Shown here: piece after piece, positions 14,506 to 28,499 of the stretch
How the letters are laid out: every line of letters starts with the position of its first letter
Position numbering within the stretch: position 1 is the stretch's first letter
Source of the DNA: Felis catus
Taxonomy: Eukaryota
Direction: 5' to 3'
Assembly: GCF_018350175.1 (NCBI RefSeq)
Contig: NC_058368.1
Location: 43,030,001-43,094,000 of the forward strand
Length of the DNA stretch: 64,000 nt
Notes under the pieces: model-generated
Told to the model about the DNA's origin: nothing
Database searches by the model: none
Seen by the model: only the letters and a program-made list of their open reading frames with translations
Translations under genes and position numbers: made by a program

Positions 14506-14709
14506 TTAAAGTTCATTTATTTTGAGACAGAGTGAGAAAGCATGAGCAGGGGAGAGGCAGAGAGAAAGAGGGAGAGAGAAGATCCCAAGCAGGCCCTGCA
14601 CTGCCAGTGCAGAGCCTGATGCGGGCCTCGAGCCCATAAACCATGAGATCATGACCTGAGGTGAAATCAAGAGTCCAAGGCTTAAGGGACTGCACCATTC
14701 AGGTGCCCC
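14506..14709 (-). mobile_element. CAN-SINE
   Basis: SINE body. TSD AAAT(A/C)ATATCCAATTTTT at 14488-14505 and 14710-14727. Confidence 0.95.
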
Positions 14710-15775
14710 AAATCATATCCAATTTTTGGTTATACATACATTAGTTACTAAAATGGTAATCTTTCGAGAACAACACATCTAGTATCTTATTTAGAGCTAC
14801 AGCATATCTTCCCTTCTTGCCAAAATTTACATCTTAAACCACTTACTGTGAACCAAGGGGAGTATATGCTACAGAGGGCTGAGAATGAGAGAAATCCCAT
14901 GTGAGTTTATCACTGGTTTCTGGGAACTTAAAAAATGAAGTGTAGATTTAGACTGGTAAAAACTGATTGCATAGAAAAAGAGAAAGACACTGTATCTTTA
15001 ATTTCAGCTCTGTTGAAACATTAAGTATGTGTAACTTCATCTTAGGCTTATTTCTTATAGCTCCTTTTGTCTCTGTTAGCACATAAATGCATGTAAAATA
15101 ATTAATGATTAATGGTCAAATAAATGATGAATGTATACATAACTGCACTTAACTTCATACATTTCAAATGCAGAAATAAGGACATGCTTATTTTATAAGC
15201 CCTATTTTGCTTTGAATGAATTTTACATACCTGTAAGTATTACTATCTTGAACTTTCACCTGCATTTCTGGACTACATACATATTTCTCACTTTGTATAT
15301 TTACAAGTAGCAAATGGGTTCCTCCTAGATTCCTGGACTCTCGTCCAGAGAACAGGAAATCCTCACTTTATACAACTTGTGATATTCATGAATTTCAGTG
15401 TATAAAGGTTTAAATAACACCAGTCCCCCAGCAACAAGGTGTAAATTTAATTACAATGGTAGATTAATCATAGTTAATTGCATTAAGTACCAAATTTGCT
15501 GCTAGCTCTTCAGTCCACAAATTATGCAAATAACAAATGCACACCATGATTTGTCATCCGCATTACTTCTTTCAGTCTGTTGGTGATTGATCAGTGTGCA
15601 ACTGTTGTTTGGTACATGCACAGACAGCAATGCGAGCAGTTGTGTTGCCTCCTTATATCCTAGTGATAAACCAAGGTGGCATGTTGGAAGAAAGAATAAT
15701 CAATAGAGGAAACTGGCCAAAAAGGATGAAAGTACAGCAATGAAATAAAAAGTCCGTGTTCTGAAAACGAAAAAC

Positions 15776-16002
15776 TGTTTTAAAGTTTATGCATTTATTT
15801 TTGAGAGAAAGAGAGAAGCAGAGAGAGAGACAGAGAGAGAGAGAGAAAGGCAAAGAGAGAGAGGGAGACCGGAGACAGAGAGTCCCAAGCAGACTCTTCT
15901 CTGTCAGCACAGAACTGGATATGGGGCTTGAACTCATACACCTGGAGCTCATGACTGAAATCAAGAGTCAGAAGCTCAACCCACTGAGCCACCCAGGTGC
16001 CC
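15776..16002 (-). mobile_element. CAN-SINE
   Basis: SINE body. Flanking CTGAAAA(C/T)GAA at 15761 and 16003. Confidence 0.93.
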
Positions 16003-16542
16003 CTGAAAATGAAGTTGGAATCAAATATAAACGAAGCTGTAGACTAAATGGATGACCATACACCTGCTGGCATTGCCACCATTTGAGAATTCTAGATTTG
16101 CAGCCAGAGAAATTTAGTGAAAGCAAACTTAATCAACATGACTGAAAACAGTGGTTGCGATAAAAAGAATGAAGATACATCAGAGGCATAGACATTGGCA
16201 AAATCTCCACATTTAAGAAACTCCTGGATATATTTCACAACATTGAAAGTTCAAAGGATAAAATGTCGGGAGCTGATCCAAGCTTATATTTGATGAGAAG
16301 AAGGCAACCATTGTTCAAACTGTATAAATGAGTCTTTTTTTTTTTGACAAAAAAAAAAAGGACAGTTTAATTCTCAGTGTTTCCTATTTTTAAATTACAG
16401 TGCACTACATAAATATTATCATTTACATGAGTTTTTAATTTCTCTATATGTTTATAATTTGTACTAATAAACTTTTTAATGGTTTGACAAAAATTTTTAG
16501 AAGTCATACAACAACTGTAAGTTTTCCCATTGACTACTAAGA

Positions 16543-16656
16543 CAGATGGTAACTAAAATTATTGTGGGGATCATTTCAAAATGTATAAAAATATCAAATC
16601 ACTATGATGTACACCTGAAACTAACAGAATATTGCAATTATGCTTCAATTAAAAAA
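16543..16656 (+). mobile_element. Short L1 3' end
   Basis: GGGGATCATTTC...GTACACCTGAAACTAAC...CAATTAAAAAA, similar to the L1 3' end at about 4400-4519. Confidence 0.75.
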
Positions 16657-16769
16657 TATTGCTTTGTATGATTTCAGCTTACAGGGTAATTTTCAGTCCC
16701 ACACTACAATACAAATCAGGGACTTGCTGTAAATATTCACACTTAAAATGTCCTTAAGCCCCACATATA

Positions 16770-17540
16770 GTACATCAGCAAATCTTGTTGACTCAGTCTT
16801 TAAAATGTATTCAGAATGTATCCACCATATTTGACCACTTTTCCTCTTATCAACAGTGGTGATAATGAACCATTATGTCTTGATTTTTTATTACAACAAC
16901 CTTGTAACTAATTTCTCTGTTTTCATCTTCTCAGACTATACATCACAGCAACCAGAATGGTTTTGTTTAAACTGGAGCCCGACCACATTACTCTCCTGTT
17001 TATAACCCTCCTATGGCTCCCATTTCACTCAGAATAATAGCCAAAGTCCTAGAAATGGCCAGCAAGGCTCTACAAAGGTCCATCTTCCTAGGCCCTTGAC
17101 TCACTGGCCTTGTCTCTACTGTCTGCATTAATCACTGCTGCCACATAGTCCTCGTTCTTTTCCCTCAACCTTTGCAGATAAGTTACAGCCTTATGAAATG
17201 TTTACTTTTTGGTGCTCTTCTCTGCCCGGAAAGCAGTTCAACTACCCATTTACAAGTCCTTCTTTTTCTCTTACGGTGCCATCGTGTTTATAAGTCATCT
17301 CTGACCTTTTAAATTGTCACTCCTTCCTAACATGTTATTTTCCCTTCTTTGCTTTCTTCTTCTTCAAAACACTTATAATTTTTATAAGGTGAAAATATTC
17401 TGTATTTACACAACAAAACATATTGTTATGTTAATTGCATTTTGTTATATTATGATTTCCTTTTTCTCCTATGAGAATGAAAAGGCCATAGCACACAGCT
17501 GTTCCTCAACCTATATTTGATGAATACATGAATAAAAGAA
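16770..17540 (+). mobile_element. L2 remnant
   Basis: L2-type 3' sequence (CTCCCATTTCACTCAGAATAATAGCCAAAGTCCT) and ...TATTTGATGAATACATGAA tail. Confidence 0.65.
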
Positions 17541-20091
17541 TGAAAAAATGGGTCCTTATGGGTGATTTCTCACATGATGTTATGAGCTCTGATAATTCTG
17601 ATTGCCTATTGTGAAGGTGCTCTAAGATGTATCTAATAAAATAGTGCAATCCATGTGGGATTCTCCAGCTGTGGTCAGAGATATCACACAATATGCTGAA
17701 AAAATCAACTACCAAATTCTTGTTATTCATTTATGCAGCCTAAGATTGTATCTAGGTGATTTTTTTTTGATACTATACATTTTAGATCACAGTGAGGTTG
17801 CTGTTGACCCCCAAAGTTATTTGTTTGTACATATAGTATTTTTTAATTAAATATTTATAGGTGGAGGGGTGAAATGAAAGGCTGAGGTAATTTATTCTGT
17901 AGATGAAAGCTGGACTGACTAGGGATGGTTAAAGCATAAGTGTACTTAGGTGATTCTCTGAGTCAGGCTGTACAGTTGTACTGGAAAATTTGCTAGGATT
18001 CTAGCATTAGTTCTCTGTAAAATCTCTAGAAACTAAAACACTCACTTCAGATTTCCTTTGATTTGTATGATACATAATCACATGCATGCCTGTGTGTGAG
18101 TGCACATGTATACTTGCAAAATAAGATAACATAAGCACTAAACACTTTTGGAGTAGTCAGGTAAGGATTCACTCTGTTTCCAAAGGAAACTGTGCTAATA
18201 CTAACCAAACAAATATGTTGCAATTGTTAATATTTCACTAGGTTAGCAGAAACTAGCACAGAATGGAGGGGTAATACTTTATCAGAAGTAATATAGTAGA
18301 AGAAGCCGAGAAGGAAACTGGCCAGGAATAGCAGGAGTTCCAAAGGGAAACCGTGACAGACATCAATTTAACTTGATACCTAAGAGGTATAGACATCAAG
18401 GGAACTGTTCCATGATCATAAAGGCATGTGCTACATTTATCTTCTCAATAAGGGGCTCACTAATCAGATATGTGCCTTAAAGTTAAATTAGTCCCTAGAT
18501 TTAAAAGAAAGTGACAAGATGTAGGAACTTCTACATTATTAAGAACGATGAAGATACCTTCAATAAAATGAAATACTTAGAAAATATTTTGCAAATGCAA
18601 TTGTAAATTCAGGACACCTTTTGGTTGCCATAGGAGAGAAAAAAAGCAGAAGAAATATACACTACTGAAACCAAATAATGTACACATTTTAAGAAATGGT
18701 AAATTCAGCTCTTTTGAGAAGTAATACTTCAAGTCAAAAGAACAACACAGAAAATTCACAGAATCTGAACTGTGGAGAAAAAATGCTAATCTGACCAGGT
18801 AGACAGGATATCCTTATTGTGTCTGCTAAGAATAAGAAGGCAGGGATATCTGGAAGGCATGCTATGTTTCTGGAGGGATATATCAAGTCATGATTAAGAA
18901 TCTAAAGATATAAACATCCCAATGACTACTGTATATTACTAATCCATGATGGAATGAAGAATTCTACTTCATGAAACCTGTAATATAATCTCATTCTTTT
19001 TGATTTCCTGATTACATAACTGAGGACACTTAAGAAGTTACATACATATATAGATGTATATATATTTCCTAACTGAAGTTTTTATTTAAAAGGCAAAGTC
19101 ACACTGAGCAAATTAAAAGTTAACTGTATAGGAGCTGTTTAATAGTGGTTTGATTTTCTGGACCTATATTATAAAACCAGAATTAGATTCTGAGAGATAT
19201 GCTGGGGAAAAGATTGCACATATGACTGGCATCTGCCCAAATCTGTCTGAGGATAAAAACAATGGTGTCATATTAACAGTAGCAATAATTCTTTCTCTAT
19301 CTTGTAACCAGTAGATAATTTTTTTCAGAAAACTTTTAGCTAGTTATTTCCGGGAGATTCTAGAGACCATCTCATACGTACAGGCTACTTAGATACAATG
19401 TGATATCTATTGTTTTCTTTCTGTTTGATTCCATCTCTTTGCTTTTTGTGTCTAATTCAGAAGCTTCAGATACGTATAAAGTCAGATATGTGCCATGTTA
19501 TGCAATTGTCTATAATTTTGTCACCTGCTGATGCTACCAAAAGTTCATTGTGCTGACCTTCCAGGAATGCTACTACTTTGTGGGCAGCCTTCTGAACTCT
19601 GCCACTAAAACCACTCATGCAGCTATTAAGTTGATATCCTACCTAGGTCATACTATATTTTTTTTGCATACAAGTGCAGATGTATTTTTCTCTTATTTCT
19701 GTTTATATCTTTGACTTTCAAGGATATTTGAGAGTCGTACAGAATTGTTGGTGAACTAGTTCTTTCTAATTTATTTACAGTTCCCAGGACTCAAATAAGA
19801 GGTGACTAGGGATGAGTCTGAAGTCAGTGTGAATTGTGCCATCATGCACTCAAAACGGTCCCTGCCTTAGTTGGGGCATTGTTATGACATCAACCTCCTG
19901 ATCTTTTCTCCTTCTTCTCTTAGCATAATGTTTACCCAAGTAGCAGCTTAGTTTATGATACAAATAGTTTCCAAATAGACATGCACAACCAGTCCTTCAG
20001 ACATACCCAGGAATGTTGGGATCCTAGGAAAAGCTCTGGTTAAGCTTACACTTGAACTCTACATTATAAGTTTCAGAATCTGGTTGTAATC

Positions 20092-20580
20092 TGTCCAAGA
20101 AGAATTTCATCAGACAGTGCTAAATAAGGATGAAAAACTTTATTAAAGACCATTGTAAAAAGGGAGAGAGATTCAACTCAAGTTTGCAGAAACAAAAGGT
20201 AGGGTGACATAGTGTAAAAGTAGTGGAGATTATTAGAAGGGAGGTTGTTGAATATGATTAAGTCATACCTGTTTTCTAATTGTTCCTTACTGGTTAGGTT
20301 TCTACATTCCCTCAGATCCTGGAAGATATGGATAGTATCTTTCTTGATAATTACATTTTAAAGAGATGGCTCCTGGGCCCTTGAGAAAGACATTCCTGAG
20401 CTATAAAACTTATAAGATGCTGAGAAAAGAATTTACTTCTCAAAGGGGAAGAAAAAGAATTTATAATTGCAAATTGCTAAAGCAAAAACTCTAAGAAAAG
20501 GTAGTTTGAGACCCCAAATCAGAAGGAAATGTGTTTAAAGTTTAGTCATGCTGAAGGGAACATTAAGGCTGTCTCTATCA
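20092..20580 (-). mobile_element. Solo LTR, MER31-like (ERV1)
   Basis: TG...CA ends. The reverse strand begins TGATAGAGACAGCCTTAATGTTCCCTTCAGCATGACTAAACTTTA, resembling the MER31 5' end. Confidence 0.7.
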
Positions 20581-20665
20581 TAGGTAGGATAGTAAGTGTC
20601 CAAATTCCATCATGTCATAGTAACCCAAGGAAAGGTCCTGAAGAAATAGTAAAAGAAAAATGATA

Positions 20666-20872
20666 GGGTGCCTAGGTGGTTCAGTAGATTAAGCATCTGA
20701 CTCTTGATTTTGTCTCAGGTCATGATCTTGCTGTTCATGAGTCTGAAAGCCCTGTGTTGGGTTCTGCACTGACAGTGTAGAGCCTGCTTGGGATTCTCTC
20801 TCTCCTTCTCTCTCTGCCCCTCCTGAGTGCTCTCTCTCTCTCTCTCTCTCTCTCAATAAATAAACTTTAAAA
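20666..20872 (+). mobile_element. CAN-SINE
   Basis: GGGTGCCTAGGTGGTTCAG head, (CT)n and AATAAATAAA tail. Confidence 0.93.
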
Positions 20873-20874
20873 GA

Positions 20875-20906
20875 ATGATGATGATGGTGATGATGATGAT
20901 GATGAT
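20875..20906. repeat. (GAT)n microsatellite
   Basis: About 10 ATG/GAT units directly after the SINE tail. Confidence 0.9.
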
Positions 20907-20914
20907 AGAAAAGC

Positions 20915-21105
20915 TGCTTTATTGATTTATTTCTATGTATCAAGTACTGTGTTAAGCTTTTTACATGGATACTTTATTTAAAATAAACTACTGAGGTAGT
21001 GACTTTAATTTCCATTTTTCAATAAAGACACTGAGTTTTAAAAAGTTACCCAAGTTCACACAAACAGTAGCTAGTAGAGTCAAAATTCAAACCCAGGTAT
21101 TTTGG
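20915..21105 (-). mobile_element. MIR remnant
   Basis: CCATTTTTCAATAAAGACACTGAG...CCCAAGTTCACAC...ATTCAAACCCAGG MIR core. Confidence 0.65.
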
Positions 21106-24100
21106 TAGATGAACTAAAGGAACATGTATTACTAGCTGAATGCTGGCCATCCATACTTAGTCCTGGTAAACTAGGTTGGGTCAAATGGAACTGCAAGGAT
21201 TAAATTAGAGTTTACTTAATCTAAGTCATTGTGTCCTAACTTCATAATTTTTGTCAACTTTGTAATTTATAGTGTATTTTTTGCAGTTTATACTATATTA
21301 TTATTAACTTTTCTCTCTCCTTCTTCTCTTCCTTCTCTATTGTAACCTCACCCTAAGCTGTAATACCAAAAAAAAAAAATCATCTCTAATATGATATAAA
21401 AGCATGCCAAGGGTAGGGGGGGGGAGTTCTGATTTATTTCCTGTTTATACTATTAATATAATTGGCATACAAATAAGACTATGATTAATACCAATTTAAT
21501 GGAAGAATAAAGCAATCAGTGACCCACCAGTGGGAAATGTATGAGACTTGGAGAAACAGGGTCTAAGATATGTCTGTAGGAATGAAAGTGGATCTAATAG
21601 CTTCTTTTGTCAATATTCCCAAACTCACATCCTAATATTATATCTCTAGATCTCAATACTTTGATGCTGAGAAAATTTGAAAATACAGAAGAATACATGA
21701 GTAAAAAAAAGTGTAGTCTGTAGGAATGAACAGCAATAGTTTTATTAAACCATTAGCTAAATATAAGTGATTTACTATCAGAAAGCTACTGTTTTCTAAG
21801 GTTGTATAAAATGTGTTTAGAATAAATAAAATAAATGCAGATTTGAGAGATGGGAATGAGAGGCAGGGCATAACTATCTATTTTTAAATATTTGAATATT
21901 TCTCATGTGAAAAGCAAGTACATTTATGCTATGGGACTAAAATATCAGAAGCAAGATTAATTAAATATATAAGATAAAGAATATCTGATTCCCACTAAAA
22001 ACAAAGACTTCAAAAATAGCTTCATTGCTTGAAATAGAAATCATTGCCTTTATGGAGTCAAAAATTTCTCCATTATTGGAAATGTTCATGAGAGATTTTG
22101 ACTAGAGTATTATAGGATAGAATGAAAAACAGAATGATGAGGGATATACATATGTGGTTTTAGATTTGTGATTTGTTGTTTCTGTGATTCTGTATGGTCT
22201 CACTTTAGTATGCAAGATACCTCTGCTGTATTTTGTTCTCTCCTAGAAGATATGAACCAACTGAACAATTCCATAGTGCTGCAACCAAAGTAACACTAGG
22301 CCTAGGAATTGGGGAAAAGCAAAAATTATCGTAGGTACTAGAAGCAATTATATTGAGTTAGAAGAGATTAGAGCATGAAATCCATTATCAGAGCAAAAAA
22401 GAGGCTGCTCCTGGAAAGGGAATAAGACCTAATTAAACATACAGAATAACTAAAAGGGAGTTTTAAATTCAACTTTTAAAAGGAAGTTTTATAATAAGTT
22501 CTGCTTTGTTTTTTTACCTTTTAAAAAATGAGATTACATGTGGAATGCCAAATTGCTCATCCTTGAAAGATTTTAAAGAAAGGATGAGCTAGAACCTTTC
22601 AAAATTTTGTGACAGAATTCTGTGATTTGGAAGAATACTGAATGGCATAATTTCTAAGTTTTTGCTCTAATATTAGGATTTGGATTTTGTGGTCTTTTAC
22701 ATTATAGAAATAGATATGTTTCAGACATTCTTTTTACAGATAAGAGACTTCCCATGTGTAATGATTTTTCAAAACACCATCTGCCTTAAGGTTCTATTAC
22801 TGTGTATTCAATGATATATTGATGTGGAAATTAGTATGCCACCTGGCTTATACAGTTTTGAATGAACTCTCCAGTACTTTGTTACGAGGCAAATACAATG
22901 GACCCATTGTGCTAGACAGTCCCAGTTCATTATGTTAGTAACTATCATATGGCTCTTATACCTCCTGCTTTTATTTAACAGAAGAAAACAAAATAAAAAT
23001 GATTCTGATTAGTTCACTGGATCAATAAAGTGAAAAGACCACTTGTAGACTCGAGTACTATTATCCTAATATTTTTTTTCTCCTTTCGAGTTTTAAATCA
23101 TACAAGGTATTATGTGAAATGGATCTAATGTTCCTTTCAGGTCTGTCCAGTTTGGTAAGTTAATAATTATAATTTAATGTCCTACTATTAAGTTTACTAA
23201 TCATAATTTATCGAAATATTCTGTCCATATTATCAAAACAAAAATTTTAATTGTTTTAAGCAGTTTAAATTTGTAATATGAGTAGGATGGTAGTAATGTA
23301 CTGTATAACAATAAATTGTAATAAGAAATCATATTATAATGCTAATAGAGAATTTATATACATATATATTTATATGTCTATGCATATTCTTCACTTTTCT
23401 TGGGATTATACAGTCACATGTCATTTCATGATGTCAGAAAAAATGTAAGTAAACATATTGTAAATGTGAATGCACTTTGGCTTGAAATGTTATATTTTAA
23501 TGAAAATGCAATATTTGTCACATTTTCAACTTATGCTTTTGACACTTTGTCACTATGGAGCAGATGTGGAAATATAAAAAACTTGAGAACATTTTAAGTA
23601 GGGTGCTAACAGTGACAAAATTGCCCTTTTTGAGAAGATAAACTATTTGAAAGTTACAATCACCATAATAGCTATATGGATTTTATCTCTACCAGCATTA
23701 CAATAGGAATGGAGTAGTCACAAGAATCATAGCTAGCTTTTATTTAGTGGTTATTATGTGACAGTCCATATACACAGCATGTTACATATATTATTACGTT
23801 ATCAGAGCAAATTTAGAAATAAAAAAATTCCTCCATCTCATACTTCTTCCCTTGTCCCCAATTTATGGATAAGAGTATTAAGCTTAAGTCGAGTAAACAG
23901 AAGACTTTGGATATTAGGCATGCAGTAAACTTGATTGTGAATAACTGCAGCATAAAGTGAAAGGGGTTTCTATATGGAAGGATGGCAATTAACATAAAAT
24001 AAACAAGATGGAGAGAGGTAGGACAGGGTAATGAGGGGCTTATATACTATGGTAAAAATTTCAGACATCACTTTGTACATGATTAAGAGCTACTTTAGTA

Positions 24101-24159
24101 CTGTGAAAATGGAAATGCAAGATTAGATTTTAATAAGCAAGACAGACCAGTCCTGATAT

Positions 24160-25420
<1,261 letters not shown>

Positions 25421-26306
25421 CAATGACTCCCCTAACCTGAGCCATTAAGTACATAACAGACTCATTAATCAGAAAAAGTAACACAGGAAGCATAGCAGGT
25501 ATGAACATAAGTAAGAAAGTAACAGAGAAAATGAGTTTAACTCTGAATATATTTAGTTTTAAGTACACTGGAGCAATTAACTAGAGATCTCCTAAGGAAA
25601 AATCATGGACTCTGTGGGCCTGTAACACAAGGAATGAAGGGTGAAACCTTGGAAGCAGATGAGGCCAAATCAGCAAACTAATACAAATGGAATGAGAAGA
25701 AAGATGGAAACTCTCAAGGATTCAATTTTAAGAGGTGTCAGGAGAAATGGAGAGTTAGTAGTAAAAAAGACGGGAAGGGAAATTGGAGTGTATAGGGTGG
25801 AGGAAGGCAGTGGAGAAGTAGAGTTCAAGGAGAGAACATAAATAGTATCAAAACTAAAGAAATTTCAAATCAGATAAAATCTAACATTTTTGATCATTTT
25901 TGGCAATGGAGGGACAGGATGAGCTTTGGCATCTTAAGAGAGTACTGGAATTAATAATGCTTATAAAATACGATTTATTCAGAAAAATTTTAGAACAGTT
26001 TAAAGCTTATAGGAGGATGCAGAGAATTTCTGACTCTTATCTGGGGCAGTGGTATGGAACAGGAATAACCAGAGTTGCTCTCTAGCCTTGGAAATGTTGC
26101 AAGCCTGCTCAAGTATTGTGCCATAGAGATTATAAAACTAAACAGATGTCAGTTTATGTTTTCAGTGTCCTTAATCACTCTTCTACCTCTGCCTTTTTGC
26201 TTAAACTACTAATCTCAATGTTTCTCCCCACTTCTTTCCCTCTTCCCTTCTCTCTTTTGTTTCTGTAATTCTCTAGTCTCATATTTTGTTGTCAGTATAA
26301 TTACTT

Positions 26307-26660
26307 GCTGTGGGCCGAATCGTGTTCCCTCAAAATTCATATGTTGAAGCCTTCACCCCATATCTCAGAATGTGATTGTATGGATAGAGGGCCTATAAAG
26401 AGATAATTAAGTTAATATGATTGCCATGAGGGTGAGTCCTAATCCAAAATTACTGCTATTCCTCCAAGAGGAAGAGACTTGGACACACCAGAGATGCACA
26501 AACATGAAGGAAAGAGTATGTGAAGAGGCAGCAAAAGGGTGGCCATCTGCAAGCTGAGGAGAAAGGCCTTACAGGGAATGAACCCTGCTGGCACCTTGAT
26601 CTTGGAATTGCAGCCTCCAAACTGTGAGAAAATAAATTTCCGTTCTTTAAGCCACCCAGT
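26307..26660 (+). mobile_element. MaLR LTR (MLT1B-like)
   Basis: TGCTGTGGGCCGAATCGTGTTCCCTCAAAATTCATATGTTGAAG start and ACTGTGAGAAAATAAATTTC...AAGCCACCCAGT end. Confidence 0.85.
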
Positions 26661-26869
26661 GCCCTTCCTTACTCTTGTGGTTCTTCACTACCATCATAGG
26701 CCTCAGCCCATACTTTTCTCCACTTGCCTCCATCTTTTAAGTTTTCTATTCTGCATGTGCTCTTACTTCTGATAGTCCTAAACAATGCATTCATATTTTA
26801 AACAATGTACATAGATTTTAAGTCTCCAATGTAATCCTAGAGTAATCATCCATAAATATTTTAGACATT

Positions 26870-27560
26870 GATTTGGATGAAACTAATAATGCTGTGATGA
26901 TAAAATCTGCCAATTGATGTAATTAGATGCAGTAGTATGGTGACTATGGTGCATGACTGAAGGAGTATCCAAGAAAAGGTCTAAAAAGAAGCCAAATCCA
27001 ATGAAGCTAAACTACAGATCAACGTAAATCTTGAATATGTCTAAAAACTAAATTTATAAATATAGAGATTATATAGTCAAAAAAACCAACAAAAATCTTA
27101 GCTATATTAATTGATTGTTACGGATATATTTATCAGTGCAGTTAAGTTTGTAATAAATGCTGATGTAAACTTAGATGTAAGGGAAGCAACTCTGTCAATT
27201 TTTTCCAGGCTGTTCATACTGTACTTATACAATTCCAGCTGCCATGATTTAAGAGGGGGTATTAACCAACCTGATTAGGGCCAGAAGAAAGGATATTGAG
27301 TAGACTTAGTACCATTGACTAAAAGGAGAGACCTGGAAGGATTTTATAGTAAAGAATTAAAAAAATTTTTTTCATAATAGGTATCCTAAAATATTTAAGG
27401 GCTGTTATGTGAAGAAGAAATTCATTTTTTTCAAAGTGATCACAAAACAAATACAACCAATGAGAAAAGTTATAGAATGGCACATTTAAGAATCTATAAA
27501 AATTATTTTGCTTAAAAAGTAAAATGGTCTAATAAGTTAAGAAATTCTGCCATTGACACG
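26870..27560 (+). mobile_element. CR1/L3 remnant
   Basis: Highly degenerate CR1-like 3' sequence (ATATTTAAGGGCTGTTATGTGAAGAA). Confidence 0.45.
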
Positions 27561-27914
27561 GCTCAGATTTTGGGTGAGCAAACATATGTTGCTAGTGTTT
27601 TATGGAATAGTAAAGCATTTACTGGGGATTTCAAAATTAGGCTCCATGACACTTGGGTGATTTTCTGAAGTTGCTTAATGAATCACATATCATAGCAGGG
27701 GCAGAAAGAAAGGGGCTAAGTAGTTGATATTCTTCAACTCTGTCTTATTTAAAGTGTAAGAGGCTTGTTTTATAGCATTGTATACTGCCCTTCTCAATGA
27801 CTATTTCAGACCTTCTTTTCCTCAGACTTCATCACTGTGGCAACTGTCAGGATTCAGGTAATAAAACAGAAGCTACCACTCTATATACTTAAAGCATCAA
27901 GAGATATTGTACAG

Positions 27915-28132
27915 GAGGACACCTGGGTGGCTCAGTCAGTTGGGCATCTGGCTTCGGCTCAGGTCATAATCTCCTGGTTTGTGGGTTCAAGCCCCTGTAG
28001 GGCTCTCTGTTGACAGCTCAGAGCCTGGAGCCTGCTTTGGATTCTGTCTCTTCTTCTCTCTCTGCCCCTTCTCCGCTCATGCTCTATCTCTCTCTGTCTC
28101 TCAAAAATAAACGTTAAAAAAATTTTAAAAAA
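27915..28132 (+). mobile_element. Feline SINE
   Basis: CACCTGGGTGGCTCAGTCAG head and AAATAAACGTTAAAAAA tail. Confidence 0.94.
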
Positions 28133-28499
28133 GTAGAGATTGTAGAGGGAAATAGGCTGCAAAATTGTTGGAAGGACTGAAATGTTTAAAAAGGGAAGCC
28201 TCGTTACCTGGAAGTCAATAACTTTAGGAAATGACTATCCCCTGAAGAAACAGGCACTACTCTGGCCCAGTAGCTACAGAAACCCAACCTTATATTTTGC
28301 CCTTTCAAAAACGCTGTTGCTTCCTGCTCTTCTTACCAGCACTGGGGGCTTCCCATTGATAACACATCCCCAAACTTTGATGGTGAGGATGTCTGGGAAA
28401 TGTGATTTCTGGTGTTATAGCACTTCTGATATGGGAAATAGCATTACAGGGAGCAAGATTGTGCTGAAATGCTAGAAAATCTCAACTGATGATGCAACC

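Larger units (their letters stand above)
15353..16729. mobile_element. Tigger-family DNA transposon fossil (MER82-like) with nested SINE and L1 fragment
   Basis: Degenerate terminal inverted repeats (CAGGAAATCCTCACTTT left, AAATCAGGGACTTGCTG-TA right) and a Tigger-like interior. Confidence 0.65.

Noticed and set aside
20689..20943. ORF with poly-His and RE repeats
   Set aside because: Translation of (GAT)n and the SINE (CT)n, not a gene. The same applies to the SINE-derived ORFs at 7530, 15789, 46098, 60363 and 63093.
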